From positions 1 through 37,810 of the forward strand of contig JAAYTH010000042.1 of assembly GCA_012523785.1 (NCBI GenBank): a DNA stretch of 37,810 bases, given 5' to 3'. A program made the position numbers and the translations under genes. The stretch's first letter is position 1, and every line of letters starts with the position of its first letter. Origin of the DNA: Bacillota bacterium (GTDB lineage Bacteria > Bacillota > DTU030). The notes beneath the pieces were generated by a model, which was not told where the DNA came from, did not search any database, and saw only the letters and a list, made by a program, of their open reading frames with translations. Shown here piece after piece: positions 17,680-26,411 of the stretch.

Positions 17680-18988
17680 TAAGGGTTTTACGGCAGCAAA
17701 ATACCTGGAAGCTGTTAAGAAAACCATCCCCGTCAAGATTTCGGGCCGGGTCGTCCGGGTGACGGGGGCTTTGCTCGAATCCCAGGGGCCCCCGGCCAGT
17801 GTGGGGGAATTATGCCTAATAGGAAATAATGGGATGAAGGCAGAGGTTATTGGTTTTCACGCTAACCATCTTCTCTTGAGCCCACTGGGGAAAATGACAG
17901 AGATTGCCCCGGGTGCGCCCGTCAGGGCCACCGGGAAACGCTTGACCGTTGGTGTTGGTCCGGAACTTTTAGGCCGGGTGCTGGACGGTTTTGGACAACC
18001 CTTGGATGAAAAGGGTCCTCTTAAGACCAGCGTTGAATATCCCCTTGAAAATGCTCCACCCCATCCCCTCCTTCGTTCTCGCATTAATAAAACACTCCCT
18101 GTGGGTATCCGGGCCATAGATGGACTGCTTACCTGTGGCCGGGGACAGAGGATGGGGATTTTCGCTGGCAGCGGTGTTGGCAAAAGCACCTTGCTGGGAA
18201 TGATGGCAAAAAATACAGAGGCCGATGTTATAGTCATAGCCCTTATCGGAGAGCGGGGGCGAGAAGTAAGGGAGTTCCTTGAGAAGGTTTTGGGTGGTGA
18301 GGGGCTACAACGCTCGGTCTTGGTGGTTGCTACCTCGGATCAATCACCCCTCTGCCGGGTAAAAAGTGCCTTTTTAGCCACTTCTGTGGCAGAATACTTC
18401 CGTGATCAGGGGCAAGATGTGCTCCTACTTATGGACTCTATAACCCGTCTGGCCATGGCCCAACGAGAAATTGGTTTGGCGGCTGGGGAACCACCGACCA
18501 GCAAGGGATATACTCCTTCAGTTTTTTCCCTACTTCCCCGGCTTTTAGAACGCTCCGGTACATCAGAAAAAGGTTCTATAACGGGCATTTATTCTATCCT
18601 GGTGGAAGGTGATGACCCCAATGACCCCATTGCAGACGCTGTCCGTGGAATACTTGATGGCCATATTTTCTTGTCCCGCCGCTTGGCCCAGGCAAATCAC
18701 TATCCGCCTATCGATATACTCGCCAGTACCAGCCGTCTCATGATTGATCTGGTCGACAGGGAAATGTTAGATTTGGCCGGAAAGGCAAGGTCTGTCCTGG
18801 CCTTACAGCGAGAGAATGAGGATCTGGTTAATATCGGAGCTTATATACCAGGAAGTAACACTGAGCTCGACGAAGCCCTGGCAATATATCCCCGGATCCA
18901 AAAATTTTTACAGCAGGGAATAACGGAAACAACCAGCTTAGCGGACACTTGGCAAGAACTAGGCACTATTTTTGCAAAGGAGAAGTAA
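17672..18988 (+). CDS. fliI: Flagellar export ATPase FliI
   Basis: GIFAGSGVGKST, IGERGREV, LLLMDSITR and GEPPTSKGY. Confidence 0.97.
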   Translation: MASKGFTAAKYLEAVKKTIPVKISGRVVRVTGALLESQGPPASVGELCLIGNNGMKAEVIGFHANHLLLSPLGKMTEIAPGAPVRATGKRLTVGVGPELLGRVLDGFGQPLDEKGPLKTSVEYPLENAPPHPLLRSRINKTLPVGIRAIDGLLTCGRGQRMGIFAGSGVGKSTLLGMMAKNTEADVIVIALIGERGREVREFLEKVLGGEGLQRSVLVVATSDQSPLCRVKSAFLATSVAEYFRDQGQDVLLLMDSITRLAMAQREIGLAAGEPPTSKGYTPSVFSLLPRLLERSGTSEKGSITGIYSILVEGDDPNDPIADAVRGILDGHIFLSRRLAQANHYPPIDILASTSRLMIDLVDREMLDLAGKARSVLALQRENEDLVNIGAYIPGSNTELDEALAIYPRIQKFLQQGITETTSLADTWQELGTIFAKEK

Positions 18989-18994
18989 AATAAG

Positions 18995-19423
18995 GTGAAG
19001 ATACTGCGCCTTCTTGATTTGCGGGAACAGCAGGAACAACAAGCCAAGGGTATCTTCAGTCAAAATCTTGCTTACTGGAAACTGGAACTAGGCCGCCTTG
19101 ACAATTTAAAGAAGGAGTTATTACAGGTGGAAGGTTTGCTCCATGAGCACGAAAAACTCCGCGTTAATATATGGCAACAGTATGCAAAATACCTTACAAA
19201 ACTCCGGGATATGATTAAAACCCAAAAACAGCAGGTGGAGAAAAAAAGGGGTGATATGGAGAAGGCCCGTTTGCATTGGGAAAAATGCCGCACAGAAAAG
19301 GAAAAAATGGAGGTGCTCTTGAAAAAGCGAGCAGAGATAAAAAGGGAAAGGGAAAAAACAATGGCGCAGAACGAGTTGGATGAAATTGGCCGTGCAATCA
19401 TTTTACGGGGTATAAAAGCATAA
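18995..19423 (+). CDS. fliJ: Flagellar export chaperone FliJ
   Basis: 142-aa coiled coil directly after fliI, with C-terminal QNELDE. Confidence 0.8.
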   Translation: MKILRLLDLREQQEQQAKGIFSQNLAYWKLELGRLDNLKKELLQVEGLLHEHEKLRVNIWQQYAKYLTKLRDMIKTQKQQVEKKRGDMEKARLHWEKCRTEKEKMEVLLKKRAEIKREREKTMAQNELDEIGRAIILRGIKA

Positions 19424-19446
19424 AGTATCGCTGGAGGTACACTTTT

Positions 19447-20019
19447 ATGGCAATGGCCGTCTGGCAAAAAAAGGGCTTGCGAATCATATGCATTGGAATA
19501 ATAATCCTCATATTGTTAGGCATTATAACCAGCTTGACGGTTCTTCTTCTGGACTACTTTAACATCGTTGATGTGGAGATATTGAAAACAAATTTACTAC
19601 AAGTATTTCACACTAATGAAGCCGACGGGAAAAATGCCGAGGAAGATCCCGTGGATAATGAATTGCAGGTACTTGGGGAAAAAATTGTCGAGCTAGAGCA
19701 GGAGAATATCTCCTTGCGGGATGAGGTTAAACAAAAGAGCAATGAGGTCTTGGAACTCATACAAGAATTGGATCAACTGCAAACAAAACTAGTGGAACTG
19801 GAAAATGAAAAACAATCTAAAACGCGGGTTGCGGAAATCTATAAAAAAATGCGTCCCCAGCAGGCTGCCGCCATCCTAGAAAAACTTACGGAAGAAGAAG
19901 CCCTGGCAATTCTAAAGATTTTAGATGCACAACAAGTAAGCCAGATCATGGCCCAATTGGATCCCAATCGGGCGGCTACCCTGACCCGGGGAATGAATAA
20001 CCCGAAGGGAGGTGATTAA
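19447..20019 (+). CDS. ylxF: YlxF/MotE-like flagellar protein (TM, coiled coil, MgtE-N-like domain)
   Basis: N-terminal TM helix, coiled coil and IYKKMRPQQAAAILEKL...IMAQLDPNRAA; located between fliJ and fliK. Confidence 0.8.
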   Translation: MAMAVWQKKGLRIICIGIIILILLGIITSLTVLLLDYFNIVDVEILKTNLLQVFHTNEADGKNAEEDPVDNELQVLGEKIVELEQENISLRDEVKQKSNEVLELIQELDQLQTKLVELENEKQSKTRVAEIYKKMRPQQAAAILEKLTEEEALAILKILDAQQVSQIMAQLDPNRAATLTRGMNNPKGGD

Positions 20020-21151
20020 AATAGACCTTTTGCAAATAACAGCTAGCCCAATAATGACCCCTAAACTGGAGCTTGAAGAGGAAAAGCCGGGGGCAATTTC
20101 CACTGCCTTTGCCTTACTTCTGTCTGCCTTGCTAGGAGACCAATCTGAATTGCTTTTGTTGAATGAAACAACTGGACAAGCCCTGCTGGAGGGCCATAAC
20201 AATTTGCTGCCAGTAAATGAAGAAACTATACCACTCCTGGCCGAAGGGCAGCCAGAACAGTCGGATGTAAATGCCATATTTGAAACTATAATACCAAACA
20301 TGACTAAGGAAGAAAATGAAACCAAGGCAGCCTATTTGGGAGATACGGACACAGTATCCAGCTTACAGGCAGATGATGAAACCGATGACAGGATGCCAGA
20401 TATACTGCCCGGGGAAGACAAATCTAATGTGGAAGTTTCATTGCATAGACAGGAATATATCCAGGAATTACCCCCAGACAAAATCGAACTATCGGAGCAA
20501 GCTGATAGCAACAAGGACCCTTTAGAGAAGAGTATAAACCGGGGGCAATCAGGAGTCACAAAGCCTAAAATTAGCCTAGCCGAAGAGGAAAAGGAAACAA
20601 CCGGCAAGGGTAATTTAGATTTTCCTTCCTTCCTTGACGATTCCAATTCTTCTTCCATATTGACCACAGAGGTTGAATCCAAAATCCAACCCCAGCAGGA
20701 AACATTGGAAGCACCCACCATTGAAGTCAACAGTGATGACCTTGTGGAAAAGCTTGTGTCTAAGGTGAAAATGGTACAAGAGCAGGGTGAGACCCAGCTG
20801 GAAATTCAATTAAAACCGGAATATCTGGGAAAATTGCGGTTAGAGTTTCTCTATAGGGAAGGAAAGGTTTCCACCCATCTAGTAACTAAAAACCCCCAGG
20901 TAAGGGAGCTACTCCTCAGCCACCTGCCTGAATTGCGCGAAACCCTTAACCAGCAGAGTGTCCTGCAAGAAAATATGGACATAGATGTCTTTGTTGATCA
21001 ACAAGGTGTGGGACATGAAACCAGCGGCCAAGAATATAACGGAAACAAACAGCAACCCATTAAAACACTTCCCCCGGAAGTGAAGGGTAATAATAGCCGG
21101 ATATATTCTGATGTGGAATTAACAGTCGCCGGACTTAATTACTTGATTTAG
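20012..21151 (+). CDS. fliK: Flagellar hook-length control protein FliK
   Basis: Acidic low-complexity N-terminal region and a C-terminal T3S4 domain LEIQLKPEYLGKL...LPELRETL. Confidence 0.88.
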   Translation: MIKIDLLQITASPIMTPKLELEEEKPGAISTAFALLLSALLGDQSELLLLNETTGQALLEGHNNLLPVNEETIPLLAEGQPEQSDVNAIFETIIPNMTKEENETKAAYLGDTDTVSSLQADDETDDRMPDILPGEDKSNVEVSLHRQEYIQELPPDKIELSEQADSNKDPLEKSINRGQSGVTKPKISLAEEEKETTGKGNLDFPSFLDDSNSSSILTTEVESKIQPQQETLEAPTIEVNSDDLVEKLVSKVKMVQEQGETQLEIQLKPEYLGKLRLEFLYREGKVSTHLVTKNPQVRELLLSHLPELRETLNQQSVLQENMDIDVFVDQQGVGHETSGQEYNGNKQQPIKTLPPEVKGNNSRIYSDVELTVAGLNYLI

Positions 21152-21206
21152 AACCTTTGGATCATCTAGATGTGATTTTATGACTTTCTATAGGAGGTGA
21201 TAAAAG

Positions 21207-21659
21207 ATGTATATAAACAGCAGCACCGGTACTTCAAGCTCATCCCATGACAACAAACTAGATCAAAAAGAGAAGCCCTTGGGCAGCTTGGACAATTTCT
21301 TAAAACTATTCTTGTCCCAAATTCAATACCAGGACCCCCTTAATCCAGTCCAAGACCATGAATTTATTGCCCAGCTGGCCCAATTCTCCCAGCTTGAAGC
21401 CACACAAGCAACCAATGATCACTTAAGCGACATTAGTATGCTGTTAAAAAGCAATTTATCCTACCAGGGACTAGAGCTTTTGGGTAAAGAAGTATATTTC
21501 CAAAGCGAAGACGGTATCTCCTTTGGCCTAGTGACGGGTATCAGCTATGAAAGCCAATGGCCCTCCCTTCTGGTGAATGGACAGGCCGTTGATATAGGAC
21601 AGATACTACAAATAAACACTGCCCCGTCGACGGAAGGGGGAGAAGATGGTGTCCAATAG
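21207..21659 (+). CDS. flgD: Flagellar hook capping protein FlgD
   Basis: FLKLF..QIQYQDPLNP...EFIAQLAQFSQLE and LLGKEV. Confidence 0.93.
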   Translation: MYINSSTGTSSSSHDNKLDQKEKPLGSLDNFLKLFLSQIQYQDPLNPVQDHEFIAQLAQFSQLEATQATNDHLSDISMLLKSNLSYQGLELLGKEVYFQSEDGISFGLVTGISYESQWPSLLVNGQAVDIGQILQINTAPSTEGGEDGVQ

Positions 21660-22032
21660 AATTCATCATAACCCACGGCCGATACTTCCCTTAGATCAAA
21701 GACCGAAGGCGCCTGAAAGAAAAATTAGGCCCCCGGCCGGGGAAGATTTCAAAGCAATTTTGGAACGGGTGCAAGGGGAGATCAGATTCTCCCATCATGC
21801 CTTAGAACGTTTGCAAAAAAGAGATATAGCCCTAACTGCCAATAATATCAACAGTTTGCAGAAGGCAATGGCCAGAGCAGCTGATAAAGGGGCCAGGGAA
21901 TCACTGGTTCTGCTGGATAAGTTGGCCTTTGTTGTCAGCATCAAAAATAAGACTGTTATCACCGCCCTGGATGACAAAAGTATGCGGGAGCATGTCTTTA
22001 CAAACATTGACAGTGCCGTCATAATCAAATAG
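21646..22032 (+). CDS. TIGR02530-family flagellar operon protein, function unknown
   Basis: IRFSHHALERLQKRDI, KGARESLVL, FVVSIKNKTVITA and VFTNIDSAVI; located between flgD and flgE. Confidence 0.88.
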   Translation: MVSNRIHHNPRPILPLDQRPKAPERKIRPPAGEDFKAILERVQGEIRFSHHALERLQKRDIALTANNINSLQKAMARAADKGARESLVLLDKLAFVVSIKNKTVITALDDKSMREHVFTNIDSAVIIK

Positions 22033-22088
22033 GGGCCGGACCTCACTTGTGGAGGCCCCTTTACAAGCCGCTGAATGACTGAAGCGGC
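22031..22088 (+). other. Two-hairpin structured element in the flgE leader (candidate cis-regulatory RNA)
   Basis: AGGGGCC/GGCCCCT 7-bp stem (22031-22060) and GCCGCT-GAATGACTGA-AGCGGC (22067-22088), just ahead of the flgE RBS. Confidence 0.5.
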
Positions 22089-22107
22089 GGGAAAGGGAGG
22101 TAATAGA

Positions 22108-23310
22108 ATGCTGCGTTCTATGTTTTCTGCAGTATCAGGATTGAGAAATCACCAGACCAGTATGGATGTAATTGGCCACAATATCGCCAATGTCAATACC
22201 CCGGGCTTTAAGCGTAGCCGGGTTACATTTCAAGAGGCCTTGAGCCAAAATATGCAGGGTGCCAGCCGACCGGAGGCCGGGCGGGGGGGCACCAACCCCA
22301 TGCAGGTAGGTTTGGGGATGAATGTCGGTTCCATAGACACCTTCCACACCCAGGGAGGGTTACAGGGTACCGGACGCATTACTGACCTGGCCATTGACGG
22401 AGAGGGGTTCTTTGTCCTCCGGGGGGTTGGTGACAGCCATCAATACACCCGGGCCGGTTCCTTTGGCTGGGATGCCAGTGGTATGTTAGTAAACGGAGCC
22501 GGGCAAATAGTTCAAGGGCAGCGTTTTGACCCGGTAACGGAAACATGGGGCCAAGAAATAGGTGACATAAGGCTCCATGGTGAAGACCAACAGGCCCCAC
22601 CCCGGAAAACGGAGAAAATCACCTTTTCCGGTAATTTGGCAGCAGATGGCGACAAATATATCCGCAGTATAACTGTTTTCGATAATTTGGGCACGGCCCG
22701 GGATATAACCTTTACTTTTACCAAGGATGAAGGCGAGGAACTTAAGTGGACAATAGATACAAATGTTGAAAACGGATCTGTGGAAATAGAATTTGATGAA
22801 AACGGAAAGTATACCATGAACGGTGACCCCCTAGTCATCAGCAACATCGAGGGCTTCGGTGATAGTAGCATCACCCTGGATTTTTCCGCCGTCACCCAAT
22901 ATGCCGCCAAGGGGGAATCATACATGGAACTGGACCAGGACGGTTATCCCCACGGTGACTTGGTGGAAGTGTCAATTGACACCGGAGGGGTAGTTACAGG
23001 GGTTTATTCCAATGGTTCCAGCCGCCCCCTATCCCGCTTGGCCCTGGCCACCTTCACCAACCCCGAGGGACTGGCCAACCTGGGGCATACCCTCTTTGGT
23101 GAATCCAATAACTCGGGCCCGGCCCAGATAGGATTAGCCGGGCAGGGATCTTTGGGCTCCATAAGCCCCAGCTCCTTGGAAATGTCCAATGTAGATCTGG
23201 CCCAGGAGTTTACGGATATGATCATCACCCAACGGGGCTTCCAGGCTAATTCCCGCATAATTACCACCTCTGATGAACTGTTGCAAGAACTCGTCAATTT
23301 GAAACGATAA
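22108..23310 (+). CDS. flgE: Flagellar hook protein FlgE
   Basis: MLRSMFSAVSGL, NIANVNTPGFK, DLAIDGEGFF, YTRAG and LEMSNVDLAQEFTDMI..QRGFQANSR; 400 aa from ATG 22108 (GGGAGG RBS). Confidence 0.95.
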   Translation: MLRSMFSAVSGLRNHQTSMDVIGHNIANVNTPGFKRSRVTFQEALSQNMQGASRPEAGRGGTNPMQVGLGMNVGSIDTFHTQGGLQGTGRITDLAIDGEGFFVLRGVGDSHQYTRAGSFGWDASGMLVNGAGQIVQGQRFDPVTETWGQEIGDIRLHGEDQQAPPRKTEKITFSGNLAADGDKYIRSITVFDNLGTARDITFTFTKDEGEELKWTIDTNVENGSVEIEFDENGKYTMNGDPLVISNIEGFGDSSITLDFSAVTQYAAKGESYMELDQDGYPHGDLVEVSIDTGGVVTGVYSNGSSRPLSRLALATFTNPEGLANLGHTLFGESNNSGPAQIGLAGQGSLGSISPSSLEMSNVDLAQEFTDMIITQRGFQANSRIITTSDELLQELVNLKR

Positions 23311-23334
23311 ATATAGAAATAGATAAGGAAAGAA

Positions 23335-23365
23335 GGGGTGGGACTGTCAGCCTAGGTCCCACCCC
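23335..23365. other. Strong 10-bp hairpin between flgE and motA (no + strand U tract)
   Basis: GGGGTGGGAC-N11-GTCCCACCCC. Confidence 0.7.
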
Positions 23366-23386
23366 CTATAAAAACGGGGTGAAGGA

Positions 23387-24196
23387 ATGGATATAGCAAC
23401 AATTACTGGCATTGTGGTGGGTATTGGTTTAATAGTAGGTGCCATTCTTTCCAGCGGAAGTTTAACAACATTCTGGGATGTGCCCTCAATGATGATCACC
23501 ATTGGCGGCACCCTGGCAGGTACCTTTATCAATTACCCCATGAGTCAAATCATTAGTGTTATAAAGGTACTCCGCAATGCCTTCCGTAAGGACCTAATGA
23601 GGCCCGCCTCAGTTATTAACCTACTGGTTTCCTTTGCCGACAAAGCCCGGCGAGAAGGGTTATTAGCCCTGGAAGAAGAAGCGGAAAATACCGATGACGA
23701 TTTCTTTAAAAAGGGAATACAGCTGGTGGTCGATGGCTCTGATCCAGAATTGGTCCGCAATATCTTAGAAACAGAACTGGCCTTTTTGGAAGAACGGCAC
23801 CGATCCGGGCAGGGCATATTTACCACCATGGGATCCTTGGCACCGGCCTTTGGCATGGTGGGTACCTTGATCGGCCTTATCAACATGTTGCGGGAACTGG
23901 AAACACCGGAGAATATAGGGCCCAGCATGGCCCTGGCCCTAATAACCACTTTTTACGGTGTTCTCTTCGCAAATTTAATCTGCATCCCGGTGGCGGGAAA
24001 ACTGGCCATTAGGAGCGAACAGGAGGTATTGATAAAGGAATTGATCATTGAAGGTGTCTTGTCTATACAGGCGGGAGAAAACCCCCGTATTGTCGAGGAA
24101 AAGCTAAAGGCCTTCCTAGCCCCCGATGATCGTGCTATGCTGCAGACCGAACGGGATATGCGGAAGGTGGGAGAGCATGATGGCGAAATATTCTAG
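23387..24196 (+). CDS. motA: Flagellar stator A subunit (MotA family, PomA/MotP-like)
   Basis: ARREGLLALE, APAFGMVGTLIGL, GPSMALALITTFYG and IQAGENPR. Confidence 0.95.
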   Translation: MDIATITGIVVGIGLIVGAILSSGSLTTFWDVPSMMITIGGTLAGTFINYPMSQIISVIKVLRNAFRKDLMRPASVINLLVSFADKARREGLLALEEEAENTDDDFFKKGIQLVVDGSDPELVRNILETELAFLEERHRSGQGIFTTMGSLAPAFGMVGTLIGLINMLRELETPENIGPSMALALITTFYGVLFANLICIPVAGKLAIRSEQEVLIKELIIEGVLSIQAGENPRIVEEKLKAFLAPDDRAMLQTERDMRKVGEHDGEIF

Positions 24197-24950
24197 AAGG
24201 AATAAGAATAGGGAAGCACCTGAAACTGGAACTTGGCTGCTGACCTATAGTGATATGGTAACACTTCTCCTGACCTTTTTTGTCCTTTTATTTACCTTCT
24301 CCTCCTTGGATGTAACAAAATTCCAAGCAGTTCTCCATTCCCTACAAGATGCTCTGGGCCTTTTGGAAGCCGGGACAACCCTGGAAATTGATTATGAACC
24401 TACCAGTATGCCCGGGGAAAGGGATATGGAGTGGGAGGCAGAGCAACTCCGGCTAGAGGGATTATTAGCAAAATTGGAGGAAATTGTTGAAGAACAGGGC
24501 CTGGATGAACAAATTTTAATTTCCCTAGAAGAGAGGGGCTTAGTAGTGCGCTTTTTAGATAGTGTCCTCTTTGATCTTGGAAGTGCAGAACTGAGGGAAG
24601 ATGCATTGGAAATATTAGCTAGTGTCGTTGAGGTATTAAAGGGACTCCCCAACCACATCCGGGCCGAGGGGCATACAGATGACCTGCCTATCAATACCTA
24701 TCGCTATCCATCCAATTGGGAATTATCCAGTGCCCGGGCAACCTCGGTGATACGGGCTCTGCTGGAATCCTACCCTTTTCCACCGGCACAATTGGGAGTA
24801 GCTGGGTATGGTGAATACCGGCCCATTGCCCCCAATCAACCCGGAGGGCAGCCCTTAAACCGAAGGGTGGATTTGGTGGTATTGAGGGAAACCTTAAGTA
24901 TTGGAGAACCCAGCGTTGAGATGCAGGAAGAGGAGGGTGGTTGGGAATGA
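24177..24950 (+). CDS. motB: Flagellar stator B subunit (MotB family, PomB/MotS-like)
   Basis: TM WLLTYSDMVTLLLTFFVLLF and an OmpA-like domain with EGHTDD, SNWELSSARA, GYGEYRP and NRRVD. Confidence 0.95.
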   Translation: MMAKYSRRNKNREAPETGTWLLTYSDMVTLLLTFFVLLFTFSSLDVTKFQAVLHSLQDALGLLEAGTTLEIDYEPTSMPGERDMEWEAEQLRLEGLLAKLEEIVEEQGLDEQILISLEERGLVVRFLDSVLFDLGSAELREDALEILASVVEVLKGLPNHIRAEGHTDDLPINTYRYPSNWELSSARATSVIRALLESYPFPPAQLGVAGYGEYRPIAPNQPGGQPLNRRVDLVVLRETLSIGEPSVEMQEEEGGWE

Positions 24951-25396
24951 GTAATGGAGTAAGAAATACCGGGGGAAAATGGCAGCGCCTATTGATGATA
25001 ACTCTCTTGGCACTGTGCCTTGTTTTAGGCGGTGTTTATGGGACAATTCGTTATATGGCATTACATGCAAATCCAGCTGATCCACCCCCCCTTGGCCCCA
25101 TGTACGATTTAGAACCCTTCTATGTAAATTTAGGTGGAGGCCAGAGTAGAAACACGCTAAAGATTGTCCTTGCCCTCAACCTAACCCGTTCCAAAGTGGA
25201 AAAGGAAATAGAAAAGCATGAACCGATAATAAGGGATGAGATCATTTCTGTACTACGGGGCAAAAATGCTTCTGAACTTCAGGAACAATGCAATTATCAA
25301 GAATTGAAAACAGAGCTTAAAAACCGGTTAAACCGTATTTTACCGGATGAATATATTAATGCCGTCTATTTTACAGAGTTTCTTATTTCCCACTGA
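24947..25396 (+). CDS. fliL: Flagellar basal body-associated protein FliL
   Basis: N-terminal TM, PFYVNL, IIRDEII and VYFTEFL; ATGA overlap with the motB stop. Confidence 0.92.
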   Translation: MSNGVRNTGGKWQRLLMITLLALCLVLGGVYGTIRYMALHANPADPPPLGPMYDLEPFYVNLGGGQSRNTLKIVLALNLTRSKVEKEIEKHEPIIRDEIISVLRGKNASELQEQCNYQELKTELKNRLNRILPDEYINAVYFTEFLISH

Positions 25397-25415
25397 CACC
25401 AAGGAGTGGAGTACT

Positions 25416-26411
25416 ATGCAAGATATCTTATCACAGCAAGAAATTGATGATCTCTTGGCCAGTATTTCTACTGGAGATATGTCTGCGGAAAAAATCGAAG
25501 AACAGCAGGCGGAAGGAAAGGTACAGCCCTATGACTTCCGCCGTCCCAATCGCTTTTCTAAGGATCAAGTTCGCACCCTGGAAATGATACATGAAAACTT
25601 TGCCCGCTTGTTATCCACTTTCTTTTCCGCCCACCTGCGTACAGCCGTCGAAGTTAAGCTCCTATCGGTACAGGAGCTATCTTATGACGAGTTTATCCGT
25701 TCTCTTCTCAACCCCACGGTAATGGCCCTTTTTCAAATTGAAGGTCTAAGGGGAGAGATGCTCATGGAATTTAATCCTGTTTTGGCATTTAGCATCCTTG
25801 AGCGCCTCCTGGGGGGAAAGAGTGATGGGGGGGAGCAGAAACGTGCCTTAACTGAAATTGAACAGACAATAATACTGCGCTTGACCAGACAAGTGGTCAG
25901 AGTATTAGGTGAAGCCTGGAGTAACATCTTATCAATAGAGGGGCGCGTTGGACGACTCGAAACTAACCCATTATTTGTCCACATAGTGGCCGGGAATGAG
26001 ATGGTTGCTTTGGTATCCCTGGAAATAAATATTAATGGGGCCTATGGATTGATGAATCTCTGTTTCCCCTATATTCTATTAAAACCCATTACGGGAAAAT
26101 TAAGTGCCCGTTATTGGTTTTCCAGTTCCGGACAAGAAGGGGTACAAGCTACTGAACAAAAAAATATTATACAAAGAATCGGCAACTCCCTTATCCCAAT
26201 AGTAGTAGAAATAGGACGAACAACCATTACTACGGGGGAATTATTGCATTTACAGAAGGGTGATGTCATTGCCTTGGACAGTAAGGTAGCCGGGGAGGCA
26301 GATGTGTTAATTGTAGATCGCCCGAAATTTTATGCCCGCCCGGGAATGGTGGGCGATAAATTAGCAGTAGTAATTACCGACGTGCGAAGGGAGGAAGATG
26401 GCAATGGGTAA
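25416..26411 (+). CDS. fliM: Flagellar motor switch protein FliM
   Basis: LSQQEIDDLL, YDFRRPNRFSKDQ and LLGG...RALTEIE. Start moved to ATG 25416. Confidence 0.96.
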   Translation: MQDILSQQEIDDLLASISTGDMSAEKIEEQQAEGKVQPYDFRRPNRFSKDQVRTLEMIHENFARLLSTFFSAHLRTAVEVKLLSVQELSYDEFIRSLLNPTVMALFQIEGLRGEMLMEFNPVLAFSILERLLGGKSDGGEQKRALTEIEQTIILRLTRQVVRVLGEAWSNILSIEGRVGRLETNPLFVHIVAGNEMVALVSLEININGAYGLMNLCFPYILLKPITGKLSARYWFSSSGQEGVQATEQKNIIQRIGNSLIPIVVEIGRTTITTGELLHLQKGDVIALDSKVAGEADVLIVDRPKFYARPGMVGDKLAVVITDVRREEDGNG

